Origin: Takakia lepidozioides
Lineage: Eukaryota > Plantae > Bryophyta
DNA length: 64,000 bases
Direction of reading: 5' to 3'
Assembly (NCBI GenBank): GCA_030704615.1
Contig: CM060733.1
Span: 39,804,001 to 39,868,000, forward strand
Part shown: one piece after another, positions 47,501 through 59,519 of the stretch
How positions within the stretch are numbered: position 1 is the first letter of the stretch
Layout: each line of letters begins with the position of its first letter
Made by a program: the position numbers and the translations under genes
Notes under the pieces: generated by a model
Told to the model about the DNA's origin: nothing
The model's input: the letters and a program-made list of their open reading frames with translations, nothing else
Databases searched by the model: none

Positions 47501-50346
47501 TTCCTTGTTTCGTATGCAAAGCATAGGAGTGATGCCATTGGAAACGTTCGCGAGTGTCTTGTCCCCGGACACACTGAAGAAGTGCCAAACGATCAAGAAG
47601 ACAGAGACTTGGTACAACCTGACAAGGGCGGTGTTTCTCGACTACTTGTACGCGGTGAGTTTCTGTGCGGAATGCCATTCTTCTTGAATTGTGGATATGT
47701 CATGTTTTTGCTTTGGTTTTGTTGTTCACGAGGGTTACTTGGGTGTGTCACAGCAAGAAATAGCAGAAATGGGAGAACGAGCCAAGCTAGAGTATTATGC
47801 CACTACAGATGAGGATGAGAGAACGGCAAACGGGGTGGAGGCAAAAATGAAGGCGGACATGGATACGTGCAGGAAGATCCTCAAGAGCGCGTTCGACAAA
47901 CACATTCGAATCGCTGACCCCGGACTGGGAAAGGGGTTTCTGGAGCAGGTTCGGATCCACTGGAACAAGCCCACTAAGCCACACAGGAAAAGCTCCACCG
48001 CCTTTCCATTTCCATGGTTGACCCTGCTCAGAAAGTGAGGTGGCTGGAAATCTGGAACTCGGATCCGATCATCCGGGATACAACAATTTCCCAAAACCAA
48101 TGAAGGACCCTGAGATTGGGGTGGTGACACCTGTCAGCAACCGCGCATTCGACACTTGGTTGCACAAAGCGACCTTCTAGAGCCAGGTGAGACTGTAAAA
48201 ACATTGTCACTGTTCCAGCAATGAGTACATGGTTTCTTATGTTGATTAACTCAAAATTTGGCGGATGGTTGTGCAGCTGGAGAAGCGGGCAATTGATACT
48301 TTTGAGAAATCACTGCTGGACTACAAGATTACAATGACCACTCCGAGCATCAAGTTCCAGTCATACGTTCGGAAATGGAGAAGAGAGCTGTGGAAGTATG
48401 CATTTACCGTGAGTTCGAGAAGGAAGGGGGCATACTGCGCTCGCAGGACTTTGACCATTAGTATAATGGGGAGCAGGCAATGAAACGAGTTCTGTATAGG
48501 TACTGCCTTTTATGTTGATGGCACTACATTAAGATGTCGTTGACGACATCTTAAAACAGGCATTGTCTGTAGTGCAAATAGCAATTTTTCGGTAATAAAC
48601 ATAGAATTCCATGTATGAAGTGGGTCGATTTAAGGTGGCGTTGACGACACCTTAAATCGGTGCCCTTTGGGCTCTTCAAAACTGAACAATTGCACACATC
48701 TGTTTCTTGTTCATCTGCAGGTCTTCATTGTTTTGTTGTGCTTCATGCAGGTACTTTCACTTATTCCAGATAAGGCTCTCAGTGACGATCCGGACTTTAT
48801 TCATGGATGGGCGAACCCAGACGACGACACCAAAATGTTCACTGCGGGAATTGTGAAGGACTGGGGTCGGGCTCATTACCGCGACTGCGGGTGGTACCTC
48901 GACTACCCTCGGTAGTCCACTTCGTGGGAGGAGAACGTCATGAGGAATCAGAATGAGAATGAAGATGCCTTGGCACCCCGGACAGATGAGGAGTTGCAGG
49001 CAAGGTTCCTTGCGCAGCTGAGTAAGAAGGAGCCAACAAAGACGGCCACCCCCGCGGGTGGGAAAAACAAAAACAAAGGGAAACAGACTGCGGAGGCAGG
49101 TGGGTCTGCCGGTGCTGCGGCTGCCATTGATTCTGGGTCAGGGCCTGCAGGGACTGGTGGGGCAGTTCTTGATCGCCCACAGGCAGATGATCGCATTGTG
49201 CGCACAAAGGTCCAAGAGATTGTGGGGTGTTGGATTTGTTGGATTAAGATGTTGTCAACGACATCTTAATCCACCAGCGCTTTGTACTACCAGTTCCCTA
49301 AATGTACACCAACCACCCAATTTGATTCGCTTGCATTTGCTTTTGGCAGGTGACGAAGAATCCATGCTGGGTGAACGGTGTCTAGCAGCCTTACGCCGCT
49401 GACCTTGTAATCCTTGACATCCCGGATGGGCAGCCTGTGCTTGATATCATTCCCCCTGTTGTGACTCCACAGTGGAATGCTCAAAACCCTCTGTATTGGC
49501 AGTGGGCATTCTCTTTTTGCAACAAGTTCCTCTCTGACGCAGGGAGCCTTCTGATATTTCAATCTGACGACATGGCATCCCGCCGGATTCTTCATAGCTA
49601 CATGAAGTCCTCTGGGTTCCAAATCAACAAAATATGGACATGTGTTAATACATTGCCTCCGTCGAAGGGGGAGTTTCCAGGGCAGAAGGTATTTCCTGTA
49701 ACTTTCATTGTCTTCGTCCGTGTTGTCGTTGAATACCCATAGTTGCTGACATATTTCCATTGTTGCTGGTACAGACCCATGTGTTCAAGGCCATTTGCCT
49801 GTCACAGATTCGGCCTGCCAACACTTTTGCTTATTTGGGCATTTCGACGTTTGGGGAGGAGGTCTGCACATAGACCCAGATTGTGACCCAGTCGAATATG
49901 ATGTTGTTCACAACTATGTGGATGCATCCCAGACTCTGAAAAAGACTGGAGGAATTCCATGGAGAGGTGCCCGGGAGAAGTCGCCCGCGTTCATGCAGAC
50001 CTTCATTGAGACATGTAGCCGGCATGGTGGCAAAAAGGTTGACCTCTCCATGGACACAAGTGCATGCCAAAACTCTTCTCCATTCTTTGTTGCACATGTT
50101 CCTCTCATGTTTTGGCTTCTGACATGGTTTCGTGCTTTCATTCGCTATCCTACAGGGGCTTCGTTCCATGCCTGCAAGTGTGCAAGAAGACATCTTTTTG
50201 GGTTTGAGGGGGACGAGGAGCTTTACTCTTGAGTCATCGCTCCACTCTCTGAGGGATCCTCGCATTTGACCCAGACTGAGAAGATTGTTGAGGAGCAGGA
50301 TCTGCCGGATGTTCTGGATGTGGATTCGGATTTTTCATGTGAGTAA
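44587..50346 (+). pseudogene. Spliced ParB/Srx-fold plus beta-class amino-DNA-methyltransferase (N4-C/N6-A type) fusion gene of element B
   Basis: ParB-like exon 46781-47377 (FFVWDDNHCLVAW). MTase motif IV-like DLVILDIPDG at ~49401, FLSDAGSLLIF, PWRGAREKSPAFMQTFIETCS, motif I-like VDLSMDT|RASFHAC across an intron, then RHLFGFEGD. Start codon uncertain; several frameshifts and stops. Confidence 0.75.
46050..46745. repeat. Intronic array of 9 palindromes, ~80-bp period
   Basis: GATTAAGRTGTCGTTGACGACAYCTTAATC inside intron 45928-46780. Further copies at ~45475, 45588, 48528, 48627 and 49241, all intronic. Confidence 0.9.
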
Positions 50347-50859
50347 GTGCGTGTTCTTTTGTGGCAACTCATAGACCCCATGACGGATCCTTTTGGTGCT
50401 CCTTTTTGTGGCTGCAGTTTGGCTTCCAGAGTATTTATGAATTTTACTCATTACTGTGTGGTTGCAGGAGTCCTATGACGCCACGGTTTCTACCGTTCTT
50501 TGCCAACCCGGATTTTTTTCCAAGTCCTCCAGCACAATTTCATTTGTCATCTTACGCGGAGGCTGCGGCTGAGGAGTATAGTCTACTGGCATCTCCACCT
50601 TCTCTGCTACACTAAAGACATGGTTTTCAGCAGAGCAGGGCTAGCGTCTTTGTGGACAGTTCTGCCTTTGTCCTGAACAGTGCGTCCTATAGCAGTGGAT
50701 CTTCTTTGTCCAAATGAATCGATTCTTGTGAAGGGTTTGTTTGAAAACCAAGAGTTCACTTGTTTGCCTTCTTTATGATTGGATGTGATCCTCTCTATCA
50801 ACCTTGTATAACTAGGAAAATGACATGTGGTCTACCACTACAAACAACTATCTATTTTT

Positions 50860-51085
50860 TCATTTATGTCATTCATCCACCTCTCATTCGTTATACAGAC
50901 ATTCTTCCGACATTCATCCCTCATTCATCCGACATTCATCCATATCCGACCTTCTGATACTGGCCACTCTGCGCAGTAATAGGTCTTCTAAGTCGACTGG
51001 ACGTTCGCGGTTATAGGTGGGCAGGTCCTCAAGCATGAGCAAATTTCTGCTCACGCAATTTTCTGCTCGTGGGATTTGCTCACAC
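50860..51085. mobile_element. Probable right terminus of element B
   Basis: CATTCATCC and GCAAWTTTCTGCTC short repeats, ending in GCTCACAC at 51085 (compare GCTTACAC at 43410); PDF-family sequence begins just after. Confidence 0.5.
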
Positions 51086-51099
51086 AATAGCATCCCCCC

Positions 51100-52625
51100 C
51101 TCGAAATCCGGCCCTCTCGGATGAATCTAGACCCACACTCTATGCCTGTTCCTTCAGCTATCCATGCCTCTGCACAGATCATGCATACATCTTGCCTTGT
51201 TGCTAGCAGCTAGCAATGACAGCCTAGAACTCTTCCATCAAACACCCCAACCATACTTATCACACGAGTTCCTATGTTGACTTGCGTCTGCTTCCAAGAG
51301 GCATTCACCTTTTTGCCTCGATTGTTCCACCATTGACTTGGGTCGGAAACGTGTTCATTTTAGAGCTTCTCCTCGTCTCTGTTATCTGTTTTTCGATACT
51401 TTCCTATTGCCACATTGGCAGTAACATGTCAAAATCACTCCAAAACCACCATAGATCCACCAACAAGCTAACTTGCATATTCAACATGAAAATTTAGGGA
51501 CAACTCTAACAGGGAAAACAGGCTGAAATGTGTTGAAGAAGGTGCCTTTGTTAGCCATGCTTGGTTCTATCAATTGTGTTGCTGCCGCTGCTGTTTCTAG
51601 TTGACCATCTATCCATGGAGGTTTCTTGTAGCTATTGATCCACGGGGAATCAGAAGTAATCTTGTGTTTTAAATCCGGCCCTCTTGGATGAATCTGGACC
51701 CACACTCTATCCCTGGTCCTTTAGCTATCCCTGCATGTGTACAAATCAGGCATACATCCTTGCCTTGGTGCTAGTAGCTGACATTGACGGTGTGGAGTTC
51801 TTCTAGAAAACACCCCAACCCTACTTATCGCACTAGTTCCAAATCTGAATGCACCTGCTTCTCTTTGTAATCCAACAGGCATTCACCTTTTCTGGAGCTG
51901 CCAGGCTTGCACACGCATTGCAAACACAAACAAACGTAATGTGGTTGGGCTTCACCCTTTCCTACATCATTTGCTCGTATGTCTCCAAAGCCTCCGTCCC
52001 GCAACCCTGCTGTGCATGTCCTGCGACCATTGCGTGCCACAACACCACATCACATTCAGCCATAATGTCAAACACCCCCTTTTCATGTTCAATACTCCTA
52101 CATTTGGCATACATATCCAACAAGGCAGTGTTCCGAATGACATTTGGTACAATTCCAGCTTTGACAATGTGACCATGGACCTCTTTGCTATTTTCCGGGG
52201 CTGCCAGGCTTGCACATGCATCACGAACGCCAACAAAGGTGATCTGGTTGGGCTTCACCCCTTCCTACATCATTTGCTCATAGGTCTCCAAAGCCTCCAT
52301 CCCACGACCATGCTGTGCATATCCTACGATCATCACGCTTCACGACACCACATCACGTTCAGCCATTTTGTCGAACACTGCCTTTGCATCCTCAATGCAC
52401 CCAAATTTGGCAATATGTCCACCAGGGCAGTGTTCAGAATGACATCTGGTACAATTCAAGCTTTGACGATGTCAGCATGGACCTCTTTACCCTTTTCCAG
52501 GGCTGCCAGGCTCGCAAACGCATTGCAAACGCAAATGTCAAATGTGATGCGGTCGGGCTTCACCCATTCCAACGTCATTTGCTCATAAGTCTCCAAAGCA
52601 TTCCTACCACACCCATGCTTGGTAA
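51100..52625 (-). pseudogene. PPR plus PDF-motif pseudogene; its upstream part is at 57517-57910, beyond the CACTA insertion
   Basis: IHPRGPDLKHKITSDSPWINSYKKPPWIDGQL; PPR ORF 51962-52258; sequence is colinear across the TAA TSD. Confidence 0.85.
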
Positions 52626-55600
52626 TACTACAACAGATTGCGGCTTTTACGACTCCCATGGGTGCGCAGTCATGACAGATTTGTGGCAGAAATGCCATTT
52701 GCAGTCGTAAAATGCTTTTGAAGTCATAATGCAGGTCTGGGGAAGGCGTATATGCGACTGCATGGCTCCGGACTCTGCGCAACACAGGTCAAACATGTTT
52801 GACCACGAATATTGGCATGGCAGATATGACTACCAGTCACGGTCATGGCTACACTGGAATGACGTGTGTATATTGCTAGAAAGACATATGACTTCATGAC
52901 TCTCACTCTAATGCATTCTACCAGATCATCACATGGATGAATCACTACATGACTGCACATGTCGACACATGCTTTTCTGGTTATATATATAATATATGAG
53001 TATTTATATTTTGAAAAAACGGAGACTCTGACCACTAATTTTAAAAAAAAAACAAAATGCAATTTAAAAAAAAAAAAACACATCGGCTGGTAAGTGCACA
53101 GTGTGTCGCTCTGGTGGTTTGGGGTTCAAACCCGCTGCCTTATCCCGTGTGTGGGATTGTTCGTGACGGTATGTCTGGGTGTTGATTGTCCTGTACGTCT
53201 TATGGCCCATAAATGAAGGCGGGTGAATTTTCCCCCCTCCTCAAGGGCCCGTGGTTTCCTTTAAGAAAAGAAAAAAAAGAAAAAAAATCAAAGAGGGGCT
53301 TTTAGGGTTTACAAAAAGGTTAAAAAACTTAAAAAGTTGCCCATCACGGTAGCGTGAACAGACTTAGAGCGAGCGGGAGGGAGGGAGAGAGAGGGTTGGG
53401 ACTTAGAGCGAACGAGCGGGAGAGAGGGCAAACATGCATGGGAGGCCCGCAGTTGGATCAACCTTCGCATTTGGAGCAAGCAACCCTAGAAACGCTAGGG
53501 TATGTGTGCAAGGAGGTTTCGGCTGGGAGCCCGCCGTTCTTGGGAGAGTCAGCTTCATCTTAGCAGGCCGTGTTTCAATCTCTACCCGCTTGGCCCTGAT
53601 TTTACAGCACGGAGCAGAGCTGGCATGAGTTTCTAAAAGATCCTTCACGATGGTGGGACAACCGCAATCGCAAGGTGTGGCTTTTTCTTAATGTACGATG
53701 TGAAGAAGTTTGTCCATCTTGCAAATGTGGGTTGTTGGCTCCTGTTAGTACCATGATTTGGTATTCTTCCTGATGTTTACAAGGTTCTTGGGAGAGTTAG
53801 CTTGGTCTTAGCAGGCCGTGTTTCAATCTCTGCCCACTCAGCTGCACCGTGGTGGTTCTCACTGACCAATCCGACATTACCTGACTACATAAACAAACAG
53901 CACACTGAAGAGGTCCTCTTGGGTTCATGGTCAGTCAAATCCTCCATGGGCCATGACACAAGGTCGAGGACAATGTGGTGAGGGCACCTTCTTCTTCGAC
54001 CTATTTCAGCCTGTTTTGCCCTCTCATCAGACTCGGCCCTTCATTTGCAGCACGGAGCAGAGTTGGCATGAGATTTTTAAAGATCCTTCACGATGGTGCG
54101 ACAACCGCAATAGCAAGGTGTGGCTTTTCCTTAATGTACGATGTGAAGAAGTTTGTCCATCCTGCAAATGTGGGCTGTTGGCTCCTGTTAGTACCATGAT
54201 TTGGTATTCTTCCTGATGTTTCAAGGTTCTTGGGAGAGTCAGCTTGGTCTTAGCAGGCCGTGTTTCAATCTCTGCCTGCTCATCTGCACCGTGCTGGTTC
54301 TCACAGACCAATCCGACATTACCTGACTACAAGACACAAGCAACACACACAAGAGGTCCTTTTGGGTTGATGGTTGGTCAAATCCTCTATGGGTTCTTCT
54401 TCGACCTATTTCAGCCTGTTTTGCCCTCTCATCAGACTCGGCCTTGAGATGCATATTGAATTATGTAAGTTAGCTCGTTGCTCATTGATAAGTAGGGTTG
54501 GGGGTATTTGCTAGAATGATTGTTGTATGCATGATTTTGTGCAGAGGCATACATAGCTGAAGGATCAGGGATAGAGTGTGGAAGAGGGCCAGATTTCAAG
54601 CTCCAGATTATCTATGATTCCCTGTGGAAGGATAGATACAAGAAACCTGCATGGGTAGATGGTCAATTGGAAGCCGCAGCAGCAGCAGCACAATTGATAC
54701 AATCAAGCACTGCTAATGAAGGCACCTTCTGAAACACATTTCACCCTATTTCCCCCTCTTATCAGAATCGGCCCTAAATTTTCATGTTCAATTCTGCAAG
54801 TTAGCTGGTTGAGTGAATCTAGTTGGAGTAACTTTGACATGATACTGCCAATGTGACATTGGTAGCGGGATATTGGGATATCTCTTGGCCATGTGCCATC
54901 GTCAAAGCTGAAACTGTACTAGTTGTCATTCTGACCACTGCCCTAGTGGACATGTATACCAAATGTGGGTGCAGCAAGCCTGATGCAAAGGGAGAGTTCT
55001 ACAACATGGCTAAATGAGATGTGGTGTTGTGGACTGCCATGATTGTAAGGTGTGTGTAGCATAGGTGTGGGAGTAAGGCTTTGGAAACCTAAGAACAAAT
55101 GATGTGGGAAAGGATGAAGCCAAACCAGGTCATGTTCATTTGTGTTTGTTAATATGCATATGCGAGCCTAGCAGCCCTGGGAAGGGGCCAAGAGGTTCAT
55201 GGTGACATCATCAAAGCTGGAATTGTACCTGATGTCATTCTGAACATTCCCCTGGTGTACATGTATGTCAAATGCGAGCCTGGTAGCCCTGGAAAGGACG
55301 CAAAGGTCCATTATCAAATCTGGAATTGTACCACTAGATGTCACTCTAAACACTGCCTTGGTGGATATGTATGTCAAATGCACGCCTGGCAGCCCTGAAA
55401 AAGGGTACAGAGGTCCACGGTGATATTGTCAAAGCTGGTATTGTATCTTATGTGATTCTGAACGTTGCCGTAGTGGACATGTATGCCAAGGTTGCAAGGT
55501 GCAACTACAAGGATACATGGCTGTTTTGATAATATGGCTGAATGAGATGTGGTACCAGCCTAGCCCATAATTAACTAGAGTAGGCAATGAGTGAAGACGG

Positions 55601-57516
55601 GGTTTGTGATGACATCGTCCAAGCTGGAATTAAACAAATGTTGTTCTGAACTATGCCCTTGTGGACTTGTATGCCAAATTGGGGTGCATGGAGGATGATG
55701 ATCCCAGGATATGCACAACAGCGGCACGGGATGGAGGCCCTTTGGAGAGGTCTATGAGCAAGTGGTGTGGGAAGGGATACTGCAGCGCAACCACATCGCG
55801 TTTGTTACATTTGCAACATGTGTGCAAGCCTGGCAGCCCTGCAAAATAGCAAAGAGGTTCGTGGTGGAATTGTACTAGATGTCGATCTGAACTTTGACAT
55901 GATGCCAATGTGACAACAGGAAAGTATCCAGAAACAGGTCACAGAGACGAGGAGAAGTTGTGGAATGGTGGGACAACCGAGGGAAAAAGGTTAATGCCTG
56001 TTAGATTATAGAGGGCAGACGCAATTCAACATAGGAACTAGTGTGATAAGCTGAGTTGGGTGTTTCCTAGAACAAATCTAGGCTGTCATTATCAGCTGCA
56101 AGGCAAGGAAGTATGCATGATTTGTGTAGAAGCAGTGATAGCTGAAAGAACAGGGATAGAGTATGGGTCCAGATTCATCCAAGAGGGCCAGATTTCAAGC
56201 ACATGATTACCTATGATTATCTGTGGATTTAGCTATAAGAAACCTGCATGGGTAGATGGTGAACTGGAAGCCGCAGGAGTAGCGGCACAATTGATAAAAT
56301 CAAGCACTGCTAATAAAGGCACCTTCTTCAACACATTTCACCCTGTTTTTCCCTCTTATCAGAACCGGCCCTAAATTTCAATGTCTGCAAGTTAGCTGGT
56401 TGAGTGAATCTAGTTTGGAGTGACTTTGACATGATATTGCCAATGTGACAACAGGAAAGTATCGAAAAACAGTTAACGGAGATGAGGGGAAGCTGTGGAA
56501 TGAATACTTTTCTGACCCCAGTCAATGGTGGGACAACCGAGGCAAAAAGGTAAATGCATGTTGGATTACAGAGAGTAACAGATGCAATTGAGAATAGGAA
56601 CTAGTGTGGTAAGTTGAGTTGGGTGTTTGCTGGAACAAATGTAGGCTGTCATTGTCAGCTGCTAACATCAATGCAAGGATATATGCATGATCTGTGCAGA
56701 GGCATGGATAGCTGAAGGAGCAGGGATAGAGTGTGGGTCCAGATCATCCAAGAAAGCCAGATTTCAAGCTCCAGATTACCGATGATTCCCTGTGGAAGGA
56801 TAGCTACAAGAAACCTGCATGGGTAGATGGTTATGGGTAGATGGTAGATAGTTTGGAGTGACTTTGATATGATACTGCCAAAGTGACAATAAAAAAATAT
56901 CCATAAACATGTAACAGTAGCAGATGCAATTCAGCACAGGCACTAAGGCAAACTCTCCTTCCCCGGAAGGGTGTGTTTTGGTATTTGAGCGAATAAATAT
57001 TTTATCTAAGAATATAATTTCAAAAATTCGTTATTTAATAATGTGCCACTGTCCCATGTTGGTCAGTAATAATAATAATAATAACAAATAATTATAATTA
57101 TAATTATAGTAATTATAATAACAATAAAGTAAATCTACAACCCCCAACAGCGACGCGTGTCAATTGACATGAGAAACCACGTGTCAAAATCACGATGTGA
57201 CACGTGCTGACGTTTGATTCCCTCCTCTGCAGTCGGATGGCGTCGCAGTCTGACACGTGGCGTGTTCCGTAGAGAGCATGTGTCTCTCTTACACAGCGGC
57301 TGACATGGACCCGTTCAGTCATTCAGTAATGACAGCGTATATGACTACCCCCACAGCTGCTCTGGCGCCACGTGACAGCCAGCCTGGAGAGTCATATCTG
57401 CCATGTCACAACTGACTAGGGCTTTACGTCTGCAGAGTCAGGAAGTCGTAAATGGCTTCCATGACTGCATTTGCAGTCATAACACAGAGACGTAAAAGCC
57501 GCAATCTGTTGTTGTG
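52626..57516. mobile_element. Complete non-autonomous CACTA element carrying PDF/PPR gene fragments
   Basis: TIRs TACTACAACAGATTGCGGCTTTTACG ... CGTAAAAGCCGCAATCTGTTGTTGTG; TAA TSD; cargo at ~53430-56940. Confidence 0.9.
53430..56940 (+). pseudogene. Shuffled 5' exons, PDF motifs and degenerate PPR repeats (CACTA cargo)
   Basis: EQSWHEIFKDPSRW.DNRN.K|gt, cag|TNPTLPDY, PDFKLQI.YDSLW; PPR remnants at 54890-55880. Confidence 0.8.
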
Positions 57517-57959
57517 TAAATCCTGCCAACATTATATTCCACGTGATCAAAGAACGTTGAGGGATTCTGTTGAACACTTGGTGAGCATAGATGTACACCA
57601 TGGGAATGTTCAAAATGACATCTGGTACAATTCCAGCTTTGATAATGTCAACCATGAACCTCTTTGACCATTCCCAGGGCTGCTAGGCTCGCATATGCAT
57701 ATTATAAACACAAATGAACATGACTTGGTCTGGCTTCATCCCTTCCCACATCATTTGCTCTTAGGTTTCCAAAGCCTTAATCCCATACGCATGCTGCACA
57801 TACCTTGCAATCATGGCACTCCAAAACACCACATCTCGTTCAGCCATATTGTCGAACTCTCCCTTCGCATCAAACTTGCTGCACCCACATTTGGCATACT
57901 GCATGTCCACCAGGACGAGGAGAACCACATAATGACATGAAGCTTGCAAGTCCAAGTAG

Positions 57960-59290
57960 GCCTCCCTGCTGATGAAGTAAGCTTTCAAATTGTAGAGTGC
58001 ATGATGATGTATCCATAGCTTCTATAATCTGAAAAAGAACGATACTTGGGCTGCGGATCGTACCCTTCCACCCAAAGATAGGTGAGGAGAAAGAAAAATA
58101 TCTATGTAGCATGAAACAACATGTAGATATATTTCAGTCCTTTTAGTCCTCTCCCTGCGATGGTTACGACTTGATTGCAACTCCTTCAAGCATGCTTGCA
58201 CTTTGCGAGAAGCTATGCGTTGAGTTGCCCCCCAATTTTGCCGGTCTTCCCTCTTGACATCACCTTCTTGGAGTCCATGTTTATCACTTGAAAACGTTTG
58301 ATATACCAAAAGCACATGGTTCAAGGTTGCAAGCTCCTCACACAAGACTAGTTGTCGTGAAGGGTTGTCCAATGGATTCACCAACTTCTTGCCATTGTGA
58401 ATGAAGTCTTGGTCATGTAGCCCATAGATATCTCCACCATTCCCCAACACCTTTGCTGAAAATAACCAGCCTTCCCAAGGGATGAAGAACCTTTTTCCAG
58501 CCCCATTGTCATAGTCCTCCAACATTAGCTTCATCCTTCGACTATCACTATCTGAAGCATGACCAATTATTGGTCCAACTACCCCTCGCACATGTTTATT
58601 CCACAACACCCTCACTTTCTCCCATTGACGCCTCACGAACTCACTATCAAACCTATTGCATGTAAGTTGCACAACTACAACCAATCAAGGCAAACTAACA
58701 TGTAAATGATTTGCTATCAACTCTAGCATAATGAGCTATCGTGTTGTTCTTGAAGGCATCTACAATCTTGCCAAAAGCTCCTTCACCCTCTCCTATTTCA
58801 ACTACAAAATCTGACACGCATGATATTCTCCAACCCTGCAAAATCCCAAAAGAATATCATCCCGAGCAACCCATCTAACCAATCGTTTCACCACAGTCTC
58901 ATCTTCAGCAATCATGACAGGGACAGTTCCCAATGGAAGGGTCATACTGTCCATTGCATGCGATATATTTCAGCAACATGTTGAAACACATCAGGCCTTT
59001 CACCCACCCTATATGTCATTGTTTTCCTCAAGGACCGCTTTGTAGTTTCAAGTGCGGGACCACCCAAATTGGTTGCCAAAAAATGAGACAATCTTGGACC
59101 ACCCCAAAGCTGAATAGTTTCAAACATAATCTTTGTGCTATCGCTATACCTCTTCCCTTTTCCAGATCTACCCATGTTCTTGCCAATGTCCACAAGAAAA
59201 TCCCACAAACTCTCTCGCCCTTCAAAATTCTCTGACCTATGCGCATGCATAATGTCCCGACAGAATTTGTGAACATCTCCCCTTCCAATA
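57960..59290 (-). mobile_element. P-element-like (THAP9-type) transposase relic
   Basis: IGHASDSDSRR, QDFIHNGKKLVNPL (D..H..K...N), DRQNWGATQRIAS; upstream IAEDET; frameshifted. Confidence 0.65.
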
Positions 59291-59293
59291 GCC

Positions 59294-59490
59294 TCGTACA
59301 TCTTCTTCACTGCATCCTTGATCTTCTTCTTGTCAGCCCGCACATCCACAATGAACACCAACATGTTGTTGTCCACAATCTTCCTCATGGCAGACTCTGT
59401 CGTTAGGGGATACTTGAGGACCTCATAATGATGAAGCTTGTTCCTGGCAGGGGGCTGAGGCGAGGATACTTGGGCGTACGGCCTCTCTTC
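59294..59490 (-). pseudogene. RPL23A: 60S ribosomal protein L23a (uL23) fragment
   Basis: [50 protein letters not shown]. Confidence 0.92.
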
Positions 59491-59519
59491 ACCTGTGTAC
59501 AAACCATGAATACAACCTC

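Noticed and set aside
34149-50346. Bacterial or phage contamination as the source of ParB and MTase
   Set aside because: Conserved GT-AG introns, linkage to a MULE transposase and an inserted plant-type LTR indicate plant nuclear sequence.
53085-53140. tRNA-like or SINE sequence (GGTTCAAACCC B-box)
   Set aside because: No convincing cloverleaf, A-box spacing or tail; too short to call.
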